64,000 nt of DNA from Hormiphora californensis (lineage: Eukaryota > Animalia > Ctenophora), in the NCBI GenBank assembly GCA_020137815.1, contig CM035356.1, positions 2,914,001-2,978,000 on the forward strand, given 5' to 3'. The translations under genes were made by a program, and so were the position numbers. Under the pieces are notes generated by a model that did no database searches, was not told the origin of the DNA, and saw nothing but the letters and a program-made list of their open reading frames with translations. Below, piece after piece: positions 12,301-24,300 of this stretch; the first letter of the stretch is position 1; each line of letters starts with the position of its first letter.

Positions 12301-15300
12301 AGTGCTAGTAGTGGTTGATGGAGTTTCTGTGACTGGTGAAGTAGTGGTTGATGGAGTGGTAGTGCTAGTGGTGGTTGATGGAGTGGTAGTGCTAGTGGTG
12401 GTTGATGGGGTTTCTGTGACTGGTGAAGTAGTGGTTGATGGAGTGGTAGTGCTAGTGGTGGTTGATGGAGTGGTTGTGCTAGTGGTAGTTGATGGGGTTT
12501 CTGTAACTGGTGAAGTAGTGGTTGATGGAGTGGTTGTGCTGGTAGTGGTTGATGGAGTGGTAGTGCTAGTGGTGGTTGATGGAGTGGTTGTGCTAAATGT
12601 GGTTGTTACACCTTCGTTTGAACTTGTTGATGGAGTGGTAGTACTAGTGGTTGTTGATGGAGTGGTGGTACTAGTGGTTGTTGATGGACTTTCTGTGACT
12701 GGTGAAGTAGTGGTTGATGGAGTGGTAGTGCTAGTGGTGGTTGATGGAGTGGTAGTGCTAGTGGTGGTTGATGGGGTTTCTGTGACTGGTGAAGTAGTGG
12801 TTGATGGAGTGGTAGTGCTAGTGGTGGTTGATGGAGTGGTTGTGCTAGTGGTAGTTGATGGGGTTTCTGTAACTGGTGAAGTAGTGGTTGATGGAGTGGT
12901 TGTGCTGGTAGTGGTTGATGGAGTGGTAGTGCTAGTGGTGGTTGATGGGGTTTCTGTGACTGGTGAAGTAGTGGTTGATGGAGTGGTAGTGCTGGTGGTG
13001 GTTGATGGAGTGGTTGTGCTAGTGGTAGTTGATGGGGTTTCTGTAACTGGTGAAGTAGTGGTTGATGGAGTGGTTGTGCTGGTGGTGGTTGATGGAGTGG
13101 TAGTGCTAGTGGTGGTTGATGGGGTTTCTGTAACTGGTGAAGTAGTGGTTGATGGAGTAGTTGTGCTGGTAGTGGTTGATGGAGTGGTAGTGCTAGTAGT
13201 GGTTGATGGAGTGGTTGTGCTAGTGGTGGTTGATGGAGTGGTAGTGCTAGTGGTGGTTGATGGAGTGGTAGTGCTAGTGGTGGTTGATGGGGTTTCTGTG
13301 ACTGGTGAAGTAGTGGTTGATGGAGTGGTTGTGCTGGTAGTGGTTGATGGAGTGGTAGTGCTAGTGGTGGTTGATGGGGTTTCTGTAACTGGTGAAGTAG
13401 TGGTTGATGGAGTTGTAGTGCTAGTGGTGGTTGATGGAGTGGTTGTGACTGGTGAAGTAGTGGTTGATGGAGTAGTTGTGCTGGTAGTGGTTGATGGAGT
13501 TGTAGTGCTAGTAGTGGTTGATGGAGTGGTAGTGCTAGTGGTGGTTGATGGAGTGGTAGTGCTAGTGGTGGTTGATGGGGTTTCTGTGACTGGTGAAGTA
13601 GTGGTTGATGGAGTGGTTGTGCTGGTAGTGGTTGATGGAGTGGTAGTGCTAGTGGTTGTTGATGGTGTGGTTGTGCTGGTGGTGGTTGATGGAGTGGTTG
13701 TGCTAGTGGTGGTTGATGGGGTTTGTGTGACTGGTGAAGTAGTGGTCGATGGAGTGGTTGTGCTGGTAGTGGTCGATGGAGTGGTAGTGCTAGTGGTGGT
13801 TGATGGAGTGGTTGTGCTGGTGGTAGTTGATGGAGTGGTTGTGCTAGTGGTGGTTGATGGAGTTTCTGTGACTGGTGAAGTAGTGGTTGATGGAGTGGTT
13901 GTGCTGGTGGTGGTTGATGGGGTTGTGGTTGAGGGGGTAGTTGTGCTAAATGTAGTTGTTACACCTTCGTTTGAACTTGTTGATGGAGTGGTAGTGCTGG
14001 TAGTGGTTGATGGAGTGGTAGTGCTAGTGGTGGTTGATGGTGTGGTTGTGCTAGTAGTGGTTGATGGAGTTTCTGTGACTGGTGAAGTAGTGGTTGATGG
14101 AGTGGTTGTGCTAGTGGTGGTTGATGGAGTGGTTGTGCTAGTAGTGGTTGATGGAGTGGTTGTGCTAGTAGTGGTTGATGGAGTTGTAGTGCTAGTAGTG
14201 GTTGATGGAGTGGTAGTGCTAGTGGTTGTTGATGGGGTTTCTGTGACTGGTGAAGTAGTGGTTGATGGAGTAGTTGTGCTGGTGGTGGTTGATGGAGTGG
14301 TAGTGCTAGTGGTAGTTGATGGAATGTTTGTGCTAGTGGTGGTTGATGGGGTTTCTGTGACTGGTGAAGTAGTGGTTGATGGAGTGGTGGTGCTAGTGGT
14401 TGTTGATGGTGTGGTTGTGCTGGTAGTGGTTGATGGAGTGGTAGTGCTAGTGGTGGTTGATGGAGTGGTTGCGCTAATGGTGGTTGATGGGGTTTCTGTG
14501 ACAGGTGAAGTAGTGGTTGATGGAGTGGTTGTGCTGGTAGTGGTTGATGGAGTGGTAGTGCTAGTGGTAGTTGATGGAGTGGTTGTGCTAGTAGTGGTTG
14601 ATGGAGTGGTAGTGCTAGTGGTGGTTGATGGGGTTTCTGTGACTGGTGAAGTAGTGGTTGATGGAGTGGTAGTGCTAGTGGTGGTTGATGGTGTGGTTGT
14701 GCTAGTAGTGGTTGATGGAGTTTCTGTGACTGGTGAAGTAGTGGTTGATGGAGTGGTAGTGCTAGTGGTGGTTGATGGGGTGGTTGTGCTAGTGGTGGTT
14801 GATGGGGTTTCTGTGACTGGTGAAGTAGTGGTTGATGGAGTAGTTGTGCTGGTGGTGGTTGATGGAGTGGTAGTGCTAGTGGTAGTTGATGGAGTGGTTG
14901 TGCTAAATGTGGTTGTTACACCTTCGTTTGAACTTGTTGATGGAGTGGTTGTGCTAGTGGTAGTTGATGGGGTTTCTGTGACTGGTGAAGTAGTAGTTGA
15001 TGGAGTGGTGGTGCTGGTAGTGGTTGATGGAGTGGTTGTGCTAGTGGTAGTTGATGGAGTGGTTGTGCTGGTGGTGGTTGATGGAGTGGTAGTGCTAGTG
15101 GTGGTTGATGGGGTTTCTGTGACTGGTGAAGTAGTGGTTGATGGAGTGGTAGTGCTAGTGGTTGTTGATGGGGTTTCTGTGACTGGTGAAGTAGTAGTTG
15201 ATGGAGTGGTTGTGCTGGTAGTGGTTGATGGAGTGGTTGTGCTAGTAGTGGTTGATGGAGTGGTAGTGCTAGTGGTAGTTGATGGAGTTTCTGTGACTGG

Positions 15301-18300
15301 TGAAGTGGTGGTTGATGGAGAGGTTGTGCTAGTGGTTGTTGATGGAGTGGTAGTGCTAGTGGTGGTTGATGGGGTTTCTGTGACTGGTGAAGTAGTGGTT
15401 GATGGAGTGGTTGTGCTGGTAGTGGTTGATGGAGTGGTAGTGCTAGTGGTAGTTGATGGAGTGGTTGTGCTAGTGGTGGTTGATGGAGTGGTAGTGCTAG
15501 TGGTGGTTGATGGGGTTTCTGTGACTGGTGAAGTAGTGGTTGATGGAGTGGTTGTGCTAGTGGTGGTTGATGGAGTGGTTGTGCTAGTAGTGGTTGATGG
15601 AGTGGTTGTGCTGGTAGTGGTCGATGGAGTGGTAGTGCTAGTGGTGGTTGATGGAGTTTCTGTGACTGGTGAAGTAGTGGTTGATGGAGTGGTTGTGCTA
15701 GTGGTTGTTGATGGAGTGGTTGTGCTAGTGGTGGTCGATGAAGTGGTTGTGCTGGTGGTGGTTGATGGGGTTTCTGTGACTGGTGAAGTAGTGGTTGATG
15801 GAGTGGTAGTGCTAGTGGTGGTTGATGGAGTGGTTGTGCTAAATGTGGTTGTTACACCTTCGTTTGAACTTGTTGATGGAGTGGTAGTGCTGGTAGTGGT
15901 TGATGGAGTGGTAGTGCTAGTAGTGGTTGATGGAGTGGTTGTGCTAGTGGTGGTTGATGGAGTGGTTGTGCTAGTGGTGGTTGATGGGGTTTCTGTGACT
16001 GGTGAAGTAGTGGTTGATGGAGTGGTTGTGCTAGTAGTGGTTGATGGAGTGGTAGTGCTAGTGGTAGTGGTTGATGGAGTTTCTGTGACTGGTGAAGTAG
16101 TGGTTGATGGAGTGGTTGTGCTAGTGGTTGTTGATGGAGTGGTTGTGCTGGTGGTGGTTGATGGAGTGGTAGTGCTAGTGGTGGTTGATGGGGTTTCTGT
16201 GACTGGTGAAGTAGTGGTTGATGGAGTGGTTGTGCTGGTAGTGGTTGATGGAGTGGTAGTGCTAGTGGTGGTTGATGGAGTGGTTGTGCTAGTGGTAGTT
16301 GATGGGGTTTCTGTAACTGGTGAAGTAGTGGTTGATGGAGTGGTTGTGCTGGTAGTGGTCGATGGAGTGGTAGTGCTAGTGGTGGTTGATGGAGTGGTTG
16401 TGCTAAATGTGGTTGTTACACCTTCGTTTGAACTTGTTGATGGAGTGGTAGTGCTGGTAGTGGTTGATGGAGTGGTAGTGCTAGTAGTGGTTGATGGAGT
16501 GGTTGTGCTAGTGGTGGTTGATGGAGTGGTTGTGCTAGTGGTGGTTGATGGGGTTTCTGTGACTGGTGAAGTAGTGGTTGATGGAGTGGTTGTGCTGGTA
16601 GTGGTCGATGGAGTGGTAGTGCTAGTGGTGGTTGATGGAGTGGTTGTGCTAAATGTGGTTGTTACACCTTCGTTTGAACTTGTTGATGGAGTGGTAGTGC
16701 TGGTAGTTGTTGATGGAGTGGTAGTGCTAGTAGTGGTTGATGGAGTGGTTGTGCTAGTGGTGGTTGATGGAGTGGTTGTGCTAGTGGTGGTTGATGGGGT
16801 TTCTGTGACTGGTGAAGTAGTGGTTGATGGAGTGGTAGTGCTGGTAGTGGTTGATGGAGTGGTTGTGCTGGTAGTGGTTGATGGAGTTTCTGTGACTGGT
16901 GAAGTAGTGGTTGATGGAGTGGTTGTGCTAGTGGTTGTTGATGGAGTGGTTGTGCTAGTGGTGGTTGATGGAGTGGTTGTGCTAGTAGTAGTTGATGGTG
17001 TGGTTGTGCTGGTAGTGGTTGATGGAGTGGTTGTGCTGGTAGTGGTTGATGGAGTTTCTGTGACTGGTGAAGTAGTGGTTGATGGAGTGGTTGTGCTAGT
17101 GGTTGTTGATGGAGTGGTTGTGCTAGTGGTAGTTGATGGGGTTTCTGTAACTGGTGAAGTAGTGGTTGATGGAGTGGTTGTGCTGGTAGTGGTCGATGGA
17201 GTGGTAGTGCTAGTGGTGGTTGATGGAGTGGTTGTGCTAGTAGTAGTTGATGGAGTGGTTGTGCTAGTGGTGGTTGATGGAGTGGTTGTGCTAGTGGTGG
17301 TTGATGGGGTTTCTGTGACTGGTGAAGTAGTGGTTGATGGAGTGGTAGTGCTGGTAGTGGTTGATGGAGTGGTTGTGCTGGTAGTGGTTGATGGAGTTTC
17401 TGTGACTGGTGAAGTAGTGGTTGATGGAGTGGTTGTGCTAGTGGTTGTTGATGGAGTGGTTGTGCTAGTGGTAGTTGATGGGGTTTCTGTAACTGGTGAA
17501 GTAGTGGTTGATGGAGTGGTTGTGCTGGTAGTGGTCGATGGAGTGGTAGTGCTAGTGGTGGTTGATGGAGTGGTTGTGCTAGTAGTAGTTGATGGAGTGG
17601 TTGTGCTGGTAGTGGTTGATGGAGTTTCTGTGACTGGTGAAGTAGTGGTTGATGGAGTGGTTGTGCTAGTGGTTGTTGATGGAGTGGTTGTGCTAGTGGT
17701 AGTTGATGGAGTGGTAGTGCTAGTCGTGGTTGATGGGGTTTCTGTGACTGGTGAAGTAGTGGTTGATGGAGTGGTTGTGCTAGTGGTTGTTGATGGAGTG
17801 GTTGTGCTAGTGGTAGTTGATGGGGTTTCTGTAACTGGTGAAGTAGTGGTTGATGGAGTGGTTGTGCTGGTAGTGGTCGATGGAGTGGTAGTGCTAGTGG
17901 TGGTTGATGGAGTGGTTGTGCTGGTAGTGGTCGATGGAGTGGTAGTGCTAGTGGTGGTTGATGGAGTGGTTGTGCTAGTAGTAGTTGATGGAGTGGTTGT
18001 GCTAGTGGTGGTTGATGGAGTGGTTGTGCTAGTGGTGGTTGATGGGGTTTCTGTGACTGGTGAAGTAGTGGTTGATGGAGTGGTAGTGCTGGTAGTGGTT
18101 GATGGAGTGGTTGTGCTGGTAGTGGTTGATGGAGTTTCTGTGACTGGTGAAGTAGTGGTTGATGGAGTGGTTGTGCTAGTGGTTGTTGATGGAGTGGTTG
18201 TGCTAGTGGTAGTTGATGGGGTTTCTGTAACTGGTGAAGTAGTGGTTGATGGAGTGGTTGTGCTGGTAGTGGTCGATGGAGTGGTAGTGCTAGTGGTGGT

Positions 18301-21300
18301 TGATGGAGTGGTTGTGCTAGTAGTAGTTGATGGAGTGGTTGTGCTGGTAGTGGTTGATGGAGTTTCTGTGACTGGTGAAGTAGTGGTTGATGGAGTGGTT
18401 GTGCTAGTGGTTGTTGATGGAGTGGTTGTGCTAGTGGTAGTTGATGGAGTGGTAGTGCTAGTCGTGGTTGATGGGGTTTCTGTGACTGGTGAAGTAGTGG
18501 TTGATGGAGTGGTTGTGCTAGTGGTTGTTGATGGAGTGGTTGTGCTAGTGGTAGTTGATGGGGTTTCTGTAACTGGTGAAGTAGTGGTTGATGGAGTGGT
18601 TGTGCTGGTAGTGGTCGATGGAGTGGTAGTGCTAGTGGTGGTTGATGGAGTGGTTGTGCTAGTAGTAGTTGATGGAGTGGTTGTGCTAGTGGTGGTTGAT
18701 GGAGTGGTTGTGCTAGTGGTGGTTGATGGGGTTTCTGTGACTGGTGAAGTAGTGGTTGATGGAGTGGTAGTGCTGGTAGTGGTTGATGGAGTGGTTGTGC
18801 TAGTAGTAGTTGATGGTGTGGTTGTGCTGGTAGTGGTTGATGGAGTGGTTGTGCTGGTAGTGGTTGATGGAGTTTCTGTGACTGGTGAAGTAGTGGTTGA
18901 TGGAGTGGTTGTGCTAGTGGTTGTTGATGGAGTGGTTGTGCTAGTGGTAGTTGATGGGATTTCTGTAACTGGTGAAGTAGTGGTTGATGGAGTGGTTGTG
19001 CTGGTAGTGGTCGATGGAGTGGTAGTGCTAGTGGTGGTTGATGGAGTGGTTGTGCTAGTAGTAGTTGATGGAGTGGTAGTGCTAGTAGTGGTTGATGGGG
19101 TTTCTGTGACAGGTGAAGTAGTGGTTGTGCTGGTAGTGGTTGAAGGAGTGGTTTTGCTAGTGGTGGTTGATGGGGTTTCTGTGACTGGTGAAGTAGTGGT
19201 TGATGGAGTGGTTGTGCTAGTAGTAGTTGATGGAGTGGTAGTGTTAGTGGTGGTTGATGGAGTGGTTGTGCTAAATGTGGTTGTTACACCTTCGTTTGAA
19301 CTTGTTGATGGAGTGGTTGTGCTAGTGGTTGTTGATGGTGTGGTTGTGCTGGTGGTGGTTGATGGAGTGGTTGTGCTAGTGGTGGTTGATGGGGTTTCTG
19401 TGACTGGTGATGTAGTGGTTGATGGAGTGGTTGTGCTAGTAGTGGTTGATGGAGTGGTAGTGCTAGTGGTGGTTGATGGTGTTGTTGTGCTGGTAGTGGT
19501 TGATGGAGTGGTTGTGCTAGTAGTGGTTGATGGAGTTTCTGTGACTGGTGAAGTAGTGGTTGATGGAGTGGTTGTGCTAGTGGTTGTTGATGGAGTGGTT
19601 GTGCTAGTAGTGGTTGATGGAGTGGTTGTGCTAGTAGTGGTTGATGGGGTTTCTGTGACTGGTGAAGTAGTGGTTGATGGAGTGGTTGTGCTAGTGGTGG
19701 TTGATGGGGTTTCTGTGACTGGTGAAGTAGTGGTTGATGGAGTGGTTGTGCTGGTAGTGGTTGATGGAGTGGTAGTACTAGTGGTTGTTGATGGAGTGGT
19801 AGTGCTAGTAGTGGTTGATGGAGTGGTTGTGCTAGTGGTGGTTGATGGAGTGGTTGTGCTAGTGGTGGTTGATGGGGTTTCTGTGACTGGTGAAGTAGTG
19901 GTTGATGGAGTGGTAGTGCTAGTGGTGGTTGATGGAGTGGTTGTGCTGGTAGTGGTTGATGGAGTGGTAGTGCTAGTGGTGGTTGATGGAGTGGTTGTGC
20001 TAGTGGTAGTTGATGGGGTTTCTGTGACTGGTGAAGTAGTGGTTGATGGAGTGGTTGTGCTGGTAGTGGTTGATGGAGTGGTTGTGCTAGTAGTGGTTGA
20101 TGGGGTTTCTGTGACTGGTGAAGTAGTGGTTGATGGAGTGGTTGTGCTGGTAGTGGTCGATGGAGTGGTAGTGCTAGTGGTGGTTGATGGAGTGGTTGTG
20201 CTTAATGTGGTTGTTACACCTTCGTTTGAACTTGTTGATGGAGTGGTTGTGCTGGTAGTGGTCGATGGAGTGGTTGTGCTAGTGGTGGTTGATGGGGTTT
20301 CTGTGACTGGAGAAGTAGTGGTTGATGGAGTGGTTGTGCTAGTGGTTGTTGATGGAGTGGTTGTACTGGTAGTGGTCGATGAAGTGGTTGTGCTAGTGGT
20401 GGTTGATGGGGTTTCTGTGACTGGAGAAGTAGTGGTTGATGGAGTGGTTGTGCTAGTGGTGGTTGATGGAGTGGTAGTGCTAGTGGTAGTTGATGGGGTT
20501 TCTGTGACTGGTGAAGTAGTAGTTGATGGAGTGGTAGTGCTAGTGGTAGTTGATGGAGTGGCTGTGCTAGTGGTAGTTGATGGGGTTTCTGTGACTGGTG
20601 AAGTAGTGGTTGATGGAGGGGTTGTGCTGGTAGTGGTTGATGGAGTGGTAGTGCTAGTGGTGGTTGATGGAGTGGTTGTGCTAGTGGTAGTTGATGGGGT
20701 TTCTGTGACTGGTGAACTAGTGGTTGATGGAGTGGTTGTGCTGGTAGTGGTTGATGGAGTGGTAGTGCTAGTGGTGGTTGATGGAGTGGTTGTGCTAGTG
20801 GTAGTTGATGGGGTTTCTGTGACTGGTGAAGTAGTGGTTGATGGAGTGGTTGTGCTGGTAGTGGTCGATGGAGTGGTAGTGCTAGTGGTGGTTGATGGAG
20901 TGGTTGTGCTAGTGGTGGTTGATGGGGTTTCTGTGACTGGTGAAGTAGTGGTTGATGGAGTTGTAGTGCTAGTGGTAGTTGATGGGGTTTCTGTGACTGG
21001 TGAAGTAGTGGTTGATGGAGTGGTTGTGCTGGTAGTGGTCGATGGAGTGGTAGTGCTAGTGGTGGTTGATGGAGTGGTTGTGCTTAATGTGGTTGTTACA
21101 CCTTCGTTTGAACTTGTTGATGGAGTGGTTGTGCTGGTAGTGGTCGATGGAGTGGTTGTGCTAGTGGTGGTTGATGGGGTTTCTGTGACTGGAGAAGTAG
21201 TGGTTGATGGAGTGGTTGTGCTAGTGGTTGTTGATGGAGTGGTTGTACTGGTAGTGGTCGATGGAGTGGTTGTGCTAGTGGTGGTTGATGGGGTTTCTGT

Positions 21301-24300
21301 GACTGGAGAAGTAGTGGTTGATGACGTGGTTGTGCTAGTGGTGGTTGATGGAGTGGTAGTGCTAGTGGTAGTTGATGGGGTTTCTGTGACTGGTGAAGTA
21401 GTGGTTGATGGAGTGGTTGTGCTAGTGGTGGTTGATGGAGTGGTAGTGCTAGTGGTAGTTGATGGGGTTTCTGTGACTGGTGAAGTAGTGGTTGATGGAC
21501 TGGTTGTGCTGGTAGTGGTCGATGGAGTGGTAGTGCTAGTGGTGGTTGATGGGGTTTCTGTGACTGGTGAAGTAGTGGTTGATGGAGTGGTTGTGCTGGT
21601 GGTGGTTGATGGAGTGGTAGTGCTAGTGGTGGTTGATGGGGTTTCTGTGACTGGTGAAGTAGTGGTTGATGGAGTGGTTGTGCTGGTAGTAGTTGATGGA
21701 GTGGTAGTGCTAGTGGTAGTTGATGGAGTGGCTGTGCTAGTGGTAGTTGATGGGGTTTCTGTGACAGGTGAAGTAATGGTTGATGGAGTGGTTGTGCTGG
21801 TAGTGGTTGATGGAGTGGTAGTGCTAGTGGTGATTGATGGAGTGGTTGTGCTAGTGGTAGTTGATTGGGTTTCTGTGACTGGTGAAGTAGTGGTTGATGG
21901 AGTGGTTGTGCTGGTAGTGGTCGATGGAGTGGTAGTGCTAGTGGTGGTTGATGGAGTGGTTGTGCTTAATGTGGTTGTTACACCTTCGTTTGAACTTGTT
22001 GATGGAGTGGTTGTGCTGGTAGTGGTCGATGGAGTGGTTGTGCTAGCGGTGGTTGATGGGGTTTCTGTGACTGGAGAAGTAGTGGTTGATGGAGTGGTTG
22101 TGCTGGTAGTGGTCGATGGAGTGGTAGTGCTAGTGGTAGTTGATGGGGTTTCTGTGACTGGTGAAGTAGTGGTTGATGGAGTGGTTGTGCTGGTAGTGGT
22201 TGATGGAGTGGTTGTGCTAGTGGTAGTTGATGGAGTGGTAGTGCTAGTGGTAGTTGATGGGGTTTCTGTGACTGGTGAAGTAGTGGTTGATGGAGTGGTT
22301 GTGCTGGTAGTGGTTGATGGAGTGGTAGTGCTAGTGGTGGTTGATGGGGTTTCTGTGACTGGTGAAGTAGTGGTTGATGGAGTGGTTGTGCTGGTGGTGG
22401 TTGATGGAGTGGTAGTGCTAGTGGTGGTTGATGGGGTTTCTGTGACTGGTGAAGTAGTGGTTGATGGAGTGGTTGTGCTGGTAGTAGTTGATGGAGTGGT
22501 AGTGCTAGTGGTAGTTGATGGGGTTTCTGTGACTGGTGAAGTAGTGGTTGATGGAGTGGTTGTGCTGGTAGTGGTTGATGGAGTGGTTGTGCTAGTGGTA
22601 GTTGATGGAGTGGTAGTGCTAGTGGTAGTTGATGGGGTTTCTGTGACTGGTGAAGTAGTGGTTGATGGAGTGGTTGTGCTGGTAGTGGTTGATGGAGTGG
22701 TAGTGCTAGTGGTGGTTGATGGGGTTTCTGTGACTGGTGAAGTAGTGGTTGATGGAGTGGTTGTGCTGGTGGTGGTTGATGGAGTGGTAGTGCTTGTGGT
22801 GGTTGATGGGGTTTCTGTGACTGGTGAAGTAGTGGTTGATGGAGTGGTTGTGCTGGTAGTGGTTGATGGAGTGGTAGTGCTAGTGGTGGTTGATGGAGTG
22901 GTTGTGCTAGTGGTAGTTGATGGGGTTTCTGTGACTGGTGAAGTAGTGGTTGATGGAGTGGTTGTGCTGGTAGTGGTCGATGGAGTGGTAGTGCTAGTGG
23001 TGGTTGATGGAGTGGTTGTGCTTAATGTGGTTGTTACACCTTCGTTTGAACTTGTTGATGGAGTGGTTGTGCTGGTAGTGGTCGATGGAGTGGTTGTGCT
23101 AGTGGTGGTTGATGGGGTTTCTGTGACTGGAGAAGTAGTGGTTGATGGAGTGGTTGTGCTAGTGGTTGTTGATGGAGTGGTTGTACTGGTAGTGGTCGAT
23201 GGAGTGGTTGTGCTAGTGGTGGTTGATGGGGTTTCTGTGACTGGAGAAGTAGTGGTTGATGGAGTGGTTGTGCTAGTGGTGGTTGATGGAGTGGTAGTGC
23301 TAGTGGTAGTTGATGGGGTTTCTGTGACTGGTGAAGTAGTGGTTGATGGAGTGGTTGTGCTGGTAGTGGTTGATGGAGTGGTTGTGCTAGTGGTAGTTGA
23401 TGGAGTGGTAGTGCTAGTGGTAGTTGATGGGGTTTCTGTGACTGGAGAAGTAGTGGTTGATGGAGTGGTTGTGCTGGTAGTGGTTAATGGAGTGGTAGTG
23501 CTAGTGGTGGTTGATGGGGTTTCTGTGACTGGTGAAGTAGTGGTTGATGGAGTGGTTGTGCTAGTGGTGGTTGATGGAGTGGTTGTGCTAGTAGTAGTAG
23601 ATGGGGTTTCTGTGACTGGTGAAGTAGTGGTTGATGGAGTGGTTGTGCTGGTAGTGGTTGATGGATTGGTAGTGCTAGTGGTGGTTGATGGAGTGGTTGT
23701 GCTAGTGGTGGTTGATGGGGTTTCTGTGACTGGTGAAGTAGTGGTTGATGGAGTGGTTGTTGTGGTTGATGGAGTTGTGGTTGTTGGAGTGGTGGTTGTG
23801 GTTGATGGAGTTGTGGTTGTAATGTCATTGTGACTGGTTGTTACTGGAGTGGTTGTGCTGGGTGTAGTGGTTGAAGAAGTAGTGGAGGGAGTTTCTGTGA
23901 CTGGTGAAGTAGTGGTTGATGGAGTGGTTGTGCCGGTAGTGGTTGATGGAGTGGTTGTGCTGGTAGTGGTTGATGGAGTGGTTGTGCTGGTAGTGGTTGA
24001 TGGAGTGGTAGTGCTAGTGGTAGTTGATGGGGTTTCTGTAACTGGTGAAGTAGTGGTTGATGGCGTGGTTGTGCTGGTAGTGGTTGATGTAGTGGCAGTG
24101 CTAGTGGTGGTTGATGGAGTGGTAGTGCTAGTGGTGGTTGATGGGGTTTCTGTGACTGGTGAAGTAGTGGTTGATGGGGTGGTTGTGCTAGTGGTGGTTG
24201 ATGGAGTGGTAGTGCTAGTGGTGGTTGATGGCGTTTCTGTGACTGGTGAAGTAGTGGTTGATGGAGTGGTGGTTGTGACTGGTGAAGTAGTGGTTGATGG